Source: Trichoplax adhaerens
Lineage: Eukaryota > Animalia > Placozoa
Direction of reading: 5' to 3'
Length of the DNA stretch: 64,000 nucleotides
NCBI RefSeq assembly: GCF_000150275.1
Contig: NW_002060977.1
Span: 129,235 to 193,234 of the forward strand
Shown: positions 56,533-64,000 of the stretch, piece after piece
Layout: every line of letters begins with the position of its first letter
How positions within the stretch are numbered: the stretch's first letter is position 1
The notes under the pieces: model-generated
The model's database searches: none
What the model saw: the letters and a program-made list of their open reading frames with translations, nothing else
Told to the model about the DNA's origin: nothing
Program-made: the position numbers and the translations under genes

Positions 56533-58006
56533 ATGGCGGGCTCTTCTGTTTCTATACCTCACCACGAAGATCTTATCGTGTCTCGACAAATCCAACGTCT
56601 TGCAGTTTACTTTGGGATTTGTCAATTGCTATCCGGCATCGTGTACGTTATTTGCAGTATTATTGCTATCAGCCAATTTCACGATGAAGCTATTCCACCA
56701 GTTAATTACGGTGTAAATTTTATATCAGGATTAATGGTAAATGCTATTATAAAATATTGTCACGATTAATGGCAAATTCTATTAGGAAATATTGCCACGA
56801 TTATTGCTTAAATTTGCTATCATTACTGAACTTTAACAAAATATTGCCATTTTCTTTGATATTATCAACCCGTTGGCTACTTATTTTATAAAATGCGGTA
56901 CTTAAACTTAAGGATTATTACTCTTTTCCATTTGATAAATGAGACTTTTTCTTAAAATATCAGCTTCTCAGCTTAATTATTGATTTAAATCCAAAGTTTT
57001 GGTACTTTAGAAACCTTGTCTTTATTCAATGTTGAATATCAATTAAGTAATGAATGCATCTTGATTCTATATTATTAACCAAAGTAAAGCTCATTTTATT
57101 TGTTATACCTAGTTCTGTTTAACAGGAATTTTGTCAGTAATATGCCTATATCAACCGGAATTACAATATGTAAGTTAATACACGTTTATTCTGGTGAGTT
57201 CATCTTCTTTAAACGGAGAGGTTACTTGAGTGAGTTATGACTTGTTTTTCACTTCTGCTTACGAAAACGATTTTCATTATCTAAGTAAGATAAATACTTA
57301 CGTAGATGTTTCCATAATTTTGTCGATAGATCAAAGTCTTACTCGTATCTTCAATTATGAACATTGCTTTATGCACTGTTGTTATTATCCTGTCAACTAA
57401 AGCCATGCTTTATCGTGGATATACAGAAATAACTTGGTACAGCGTAACATTAACCTTTTCAGGTTTCATTAGTATATTTTTCTGCCTGGCCACGACAATT
57501 GCTTCCGCTATCAGCGTCTTCAAGCAGCCGCAACTTAGTAAAAGACAAGAAGTAATAATTATTAAAGCAAAGTATCAAATAATCTTAAGGCTTTATATTC
57601 ATGAGCGGTGTATAAAGACTATCAAATGTGATTTGAGAGATCATAAATTAAACTTAGGACTTCACTTCAAGTTCATATCATAGATGGCCTACCATTCTAT
57701 ATTTACTTATCTGAGCAAAATTAAGAAAGAGAAATTGAAACAAAGCAGATTAATTTCTAATGGTTATTTTCATTTCCCTTTTCAGTCTTGTTCCGAAATA
57801 GCCAATATGGTAGTCAATAGACAGACTCAAAGCAATAAAGGTGGTAAGTTGTAGGTCCTTATTCTACAATATAATACAAATTTATTCTTAAATAGAATGA
57901 GAAATAGAGAGACAAGATCAATAACATCCCTTTAGCATTTGAACTTTCCTTGTACTCAATTACACTTATAGATAACTTCCCCATACAATTTCCAAAAAAG
58001 TAGATA
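56533..58006 (+). CDS. CD20/MS4A-like four-TM protein, ~191 aa. Exons 56533-56736, 57113-57169, 57330-57551, 57786-57843, 57972-58006
   Basis: FGICQLLSGI, YGVNFISGLMFCLTGILSV, ITWYS motif shared with paralogs; same exon phases and 57-bp exon 2. Confidence 0.8.
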
Positions 58007-61000
58007 AAATATGTGTGAGCTACCACAAATGAAGTAATCGTATTCCAGCTCTAAAATTCTTATTAACTTATTTTTAATACTGAGAAAATTTAGCGATGTT
58101 TTAAATATTAATCTATTATTTTATAATAGTAAAATAATTAGTATTAAAGTATATCTGTCACGACAATGAATCTTCATACAATAAATAAATATAAGAAGAT
58201 AGTAGTTTATCACAGAATCAGAACTCTGCAATTAAGGGTAACAGTTGTTTTTAGTTTCGTTGTTTTCAAGGCCATTTGTCTTAAACAGAAAGCTTTATTC
58301 ATATCTGTTTTCTTCGCTCTTAGTGACCTGAATATATTGCTTAAGTTTCATTTATATTTTGTATAGCCGTCGGTTTGACTTTCTGTCTTTCCACTATACT
58401 TGTCCATTTCATCGAGATCATGAAAGATGTCGCATAACTTTCACCTAGGATAATAAATCTTCGAAAACAAAACTTTACTTTTATTTAAAAAATTATTTCG
58501 ATGATAGGATGGATACTTATGAGAATCATTTTATTTGAAAAAGTGCTAAAAAATGATAAACTGTTCTTGTTCGTCGTGAACGGATATAGGCATGTAGTTT
58601 ACCATATTTGAGACTTAATGATTTTATTAATAATATATTGCTAACGTAGATAAGCTGATTGAAAAATAATTTCAGTATATTCGTAATACCATAAATAAAG
58701 GGTGATCTAGGAATAACATATCAAATAGCTAATTTAGGCTACATTAGAACTGTGGCATACCGCAAATTTGTTTCCTTTACATGATGGCTACAAAGAGTAT
58801 AGTCAATATCTTAAAAATTTATTCAAAGATAAAAGATTTTTAAATCAACACCCATTTTCGATATGCTGCAATTGATTTTTACGAAAGAAATAAGTGAAAA
58901 GTAATCGGTAGTTTTTATTTTTCGTACCGCATAGATTTGGCAGTTGACATGCAAAATAAAAAGAAAGTAGCTGACTTCTTTTATCCGTAAGAATATATAC
59001 AAAATATTAATCTCTAAGTTGAAGGTCGTAAGTATTAGTGAATATTTTACTGTAATAATGATATCCTCATTGATCATAGCATAAAATAAAGTAAAAATAA
59101 TACATCAAATTGCTGATTCAGGTCACATTAGAACTCTAGCACATCATAAAGTAATTTTATTTATGATCAATGTCTTAAAAACTTGTTCCAAGTTAAAAAA
59201 TTTTTAATCTATATTTATCTTGGACATACTACGGTTGATTTATATCAATTTGATCGTGCAGAATGGCATGATTGATTGGACATTCCTGCAGAATTATATG
59301 ATTGATTTGTTGGTTATTTGTGAAGAATGGCACGATTGATTAGACATTCTAGCTGAATGTTTAATTCTTTAGAATGTCAGTAATAATGCCATCAAGGCAA
59401 TAAATAAGATATCAACAGCAACATAATATTTGTACTGCATAAGCTCGATAATTAATATTCTAAATAAAAATAAAGCAATTGATTTCATTTTATCCATAAA
59501 GAATATGTACCGAATATTGCTCTCTAGGTTGATATTAGTATATATGTTACGGGCTCGTATTAGCAAATATTTTATTATAATAATGATCTTCAGAATGATC
59601 TTAACATAAAATAAAGTAAAGATATTTTGAACTAACAATATCGTAATAAATATAACCCAATTTTATACTTTAACAGTAAAAATCGATATTATGCGATAGG
59701 AGGTTGTAATATTTTCAGCTAATTGTAGTTTATAGTGGGTGAATAATAGGAAGAAACGATGCTTTGGTAATGATTCTAGTATAAGACTGTAAGCGAACCG
59801 ACAGTAATAGCAGGAGACTATTACTCGGTCATTACAGAAGTTAAGCTCTTATATGCCGGTTATGAAACCCGTTATTGTATAATGTATGATATCATACCAG
59901 CTTTTTATCTCTTTATAATTTTGAGACACTCTTAAGTCGACTAAAGTAAATATAAGGCTAGTCAATTATGGTTTATCGATCGTGGCGCTAATTGCTTTTG
60001 AAAATCCTATTATTTTCGTGTACACTAAGCTAGATTTGATCCAGAACTGTCTACATGTGTATTTAGTGCTTTCTGCAGTTGTTACAGTGTGATACACTGT
60101 AATATCGAGATTATAGCAAAAACGCTTATGTTAGGATAATTTTGTAGATTTATCCTTTTATGAAGATGTCACTACCCTCACTTGTGGCAAAGGAAAGTAA
60201 AGAACTCTAGTGTAGTTACTTAAAACTTGGGCTATTTCTACCAGTACTTTCAGTTTCTATGAGAGAAGTATTTGAGAACTCGATTTCTCGGCTGATCTCC
60301 ACAGACAACTGACTAATTATTACAATATTCTTCACGATATGAGTCTTGCCGTTTCTTGAGCAATTACTAACTTTATTCTACAAACACACGCGCTTAAATA
60401 GGTTTCTACAGTGAATTCCAATATTAGCAAGTGAGAGTTCATGCTTTACAAGTTACAGTAATTAGTATAATACCATTACTAAATACACATGTCGATATTC
60501 TCAGACTTAGATAGCTACAAGCTGTCAGGTGTTAAGACGCTTAACCTTCGTCCATATACGGCTCAATTTTTAGAGATTAACACACTTTATAAACCTACAG
60601 TAAATTAACTGCTAACAACTTCTATTTTTATCTCATTTCTACCATCTTATTATCAGCTACAAGCGCATTAAACATAGCACATAACCTTATCTTATCTATT
60701 CATAAGCATTCATTAATCAACAGTTACTTAATTAGTAACGGCGTACCGCGACAGAAGAGTTTCTAATTTAGATATTTGATATTCAAATACAGCACTAGTT
60801 TTTACGGTGATATATTCAGCCTATTGAAATTAGTAGTTCAACTAGGGAATCGAGAATAATCTTCTTATAATTCAAATCACTGTGATTGTAATTTACTTAT
60901 GGTAGATTGTAGATTATCTTAGAAATGTTCCGTGATAAAACATGTGGTAATCTGACAATTTTGTATTAGTAATTCGATGTCTATGTTCGTAAATACTGTT

Positions 61001-64000
61001 GTCTTCATTAGGTAGCAGTAGATAAAATTAGTTTTTGATTCATAATATAATTATCAGGTTTCATCGTTAATATTACTAACTAGGACGTCTGTTCTATTGT
61101 AAAAGAGTATATAAATGCGATAAATCGTATAATAAAGTTAGTTCTTATGATTAGTGTTTAACGTAAGATACGAGGCGTCGAAGTCTTTTTGTAGTCTACT
61201 AGTAGGAAAAGTGTTCCTGAAAGAGTAGATACTGCTCTCTGATATGTGGTTCAGGGAATCGATTGATTGATCATGCGTTACGTTATCTTGTTGCAAAGCT
61301 GTTTTGTAACAATAGTATATACTAGAAATCTAAGTCGGTTTATATTATCTGATTACTGATTTTCCTATAATCTGCTCACAAAGCTCGTTAATTTTAATAT
61401 TAGTAGGCATATAACGCCAGTTTGAGATCTAAAATCAATGATATTCGATAATATTTAGGATATACAGTGTCACCCGATAATAGCGCTTTTACTGATAGTA
61501 AAAATCTAGCTTTGTGACAACTTTAGCTATATTACTAACCTATTTACATATTTATTGCATAAATTCCTAAAATTTGGATAAGTTACCATTACTAATAGTC
61601 TTTTTAGCGTTAATAATCCGTAATTCAATGCAATACACACTACTTATATTTCCCATTGCCCTTAAACTGATATATTATTAATGAACGAAAAGTTAGATGC
61701 CTAGCTCATCATTGATACAACTTTAACATCGCAAGTTATGATTCTGTAAATCTAAGTCCAATCGGAAACTGTTTTCTTAGTTATATTATTACTCCCACCA
61801 CACGATCAAAACCTGGATGAAACTTTCAAACTGAGTACGAACGCAATGGACGGCTTGATGACTTCAATAAAGCCCAGAAATGTCAAATCAGATTCAGTAA
61901 GCCCATATTATTGTAGCTTCTTTAATTTTAAATGCCATGTAATGTTAAGATTCGACTTAATCTTGTATTATACTAATAGATTTACTTAATTATCTATGCT
62001 TTCTTTATGCTTAGTCCTATTTCATAAAGATCTGAAGTATTGATTGGCACAAGTTTTGGTTTAAGGCTAGGCTTGACATATTACATATCATTAAAATGAT
62101 GTGGCTATTACTGGATCTGTAAGTTGGATAAGAGGAAAATTTCGAAGCAAAATTTTGCAAAATTTGCTAAATTTCTAAATTTACTGATTTAGCCTTTAAT
62201 GATGTCATGTCTGTTCTGCACATTTTCAATGTTTTCCATCTATGGTAGTTTTTGTTTCTTTATCATTTCAATTGATGTTATTACTCTTAACTTATATAGT
62301 CGTATGAATCTGCGGCGCGTATTATTAAATATATTTGGTTAGTAATAATTGATTATTACTTATCATATTTACTATCCTTAATGACACTTACTTTATTCAT
62401 TGCCGCAGTATATCGAAACAGTGTAGATTTTACATGTAACAACCATATCAAATAGTCAAAGAAAAATATAAAGTCTAGATAATGTGTTATAGTTATGGTA
62501 AACTGTCCTAATGAATATTTTAAGATGAAAATTTAGCATCGGTTTATTATCATAAATATAAAGTTCTGAAGTTAAGAATTTCTATTTTCTAAGCATTTTC
62601 TAAATTCAGTAAAGTTGTATTCATTAATTAAATTGTGAGGGATTAAAACTATAATATATTATGCAACCGTCCCGTAACAAATATATTCGTATAGATTGGA
62701 TTCTTCCTTCTCTACAATACTCAAAATTTTTACTAATCTTCAGTTAATGACAAACTATAAAAGTAGGATAGATCAAATTGCCTATTTTTAACTGGCAAAC
62801 AATCCAATTTAAAAGATAGCTTGCTTTTCACTGATATAAATCTGCTTCTACAGTAAGGATTTAATTAATAAACTATATTTAATAAAGCAGCTTATAAAGA
62901 TAATCACTTATTATCCTTACGAATATTTGTCTGCAAAAAATAGATCGACTCATTTTATTCCATTATTATCCATCGTTACTATACTTAAGGGCTGTAATCA
63001 TGTCGATATCTGTTCTAGTTACGGTTACATATTACTGCTCTAAGAATATGTGGTTGATTTGTCTAAGCTTCAGATCGGAAATAAAGCAATTTTATTTCTA
63101 TAGATCCATATAACTTAGCTAGGATGACCTCTGGTGATATCACTGAACGTGAAATTTTAAAATATGTAGAAAGCATCAACTTTATTAGACCTTTATATAA
63201 AAATAATCTCAGTATTTCTCTACTCTAGCCAAGTGCAACTGCTAGAATGACTTTTAGAAAGAAATAATGAATAACTTAAGTTGTCCACTTATATACTTTC
63301 CGTACCATTACAGTTAGCGATATTCCACTCTATTTTACAATTCTTCAGGTTATAATTAGTAACTTACACTGTGGCGGATCATTCATAATTTAATATATTA
63401 ACAGCTACAGTAATTTTACAGATATCTTTTCGGACTAGTCATATCATGATACCCTAATATAGGAGTGACGTATCTATTGACCTTTGACATCAATCATGAT
63501 TCAAAAGCTTACTGCTTCAGATTATTGGTGTTCGTTCTCTAGCACAAAACCTTCATCTAAAGTCTGTAGTTATGAGTTAACAAATAAGGCTTATGATAAA
63601 TTTACAGAAGTAAGCTATCATACATCATAACAAGCATATGTAATAATCTACGATCTAATTCTATGTTTTATTATGCCACCGTTCTTAATTTAAGAGCACC
63701 TATTTTCTCATAAATTGTTAAAACGCTGATGCTCAATTGTAAATAAACGTATAGCTGATATTTCATACAAATTTATTGTTTTTGTACGTATAACTGTAAC
63801 CGTTAGTGGTGTGTTTTGAACTTTACTACTAACATGTAATGGGTAGACTTCATGACAAGACCAACCAGACCGTCTTTGCTGACCATCAATTAATATTCAG
63901 AGTTGTTGAAGAATAGCAGGGTAAGCAAAGGATTCTTTAGAGATAACACTTAATAAAATCTCTTACTTTTTATGATAAATTCACATGCTTATCTAATGCT

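Noticed and set aside
58716-59355. Short diverged direct repeats (58716 vs 59102; 59258 vs 59322)
   Set aside because: Too short and degenerate to assign; probably old local duplications.
61781-61896. Possible isolated exon (ag|...MDGLMTSIKPRNVKSDS|gtaagc)
   Set aside because: Could not be linked in frame to other exons in the window; no recognisable homology.

Overview
AT-rich, intron-dense animal genomic DNA, not prokaryotic. Gene content, short introns and composition suggest a placozoan such as Trichoplax (inference). I reconstructed ten protein-coding genes by hand from splice sites: a partial EYS-N-terminal-like EGF/TM receptor, SDHA (17 exons), an intronless SoxB2 in a gene desert, a head-to-head SLC35F3/F4-like pair, three same-structure CD20/MS4A-like tetraspan paralogs (one with an in-frame TGA at the conserved Trp), an SLC29 nucleoside transporter with a probable GC-AG intron, and TMEM18 (absent from the ORF track). 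The strongest unexplained signal is dense mixed arrays of TA-CAG-TA / TA-CTG-TA / TA-CCG-TA units concentrated upstream of SDHA, the SLC35F pair and TMEM18. These arrays contain TA-flanked MITEs whose termini (CAGTG..., CGG..., CGAGGG...) match the array units. Two near-identical copies of one segment differ by exact 5-bp C(A/T)GTA insertions at single TA sites and by presence/absence of one MITE. This suggests the arrays are accumulated Tc1/mariner excision footprints at open promoters rather than ordinary microsatellites.
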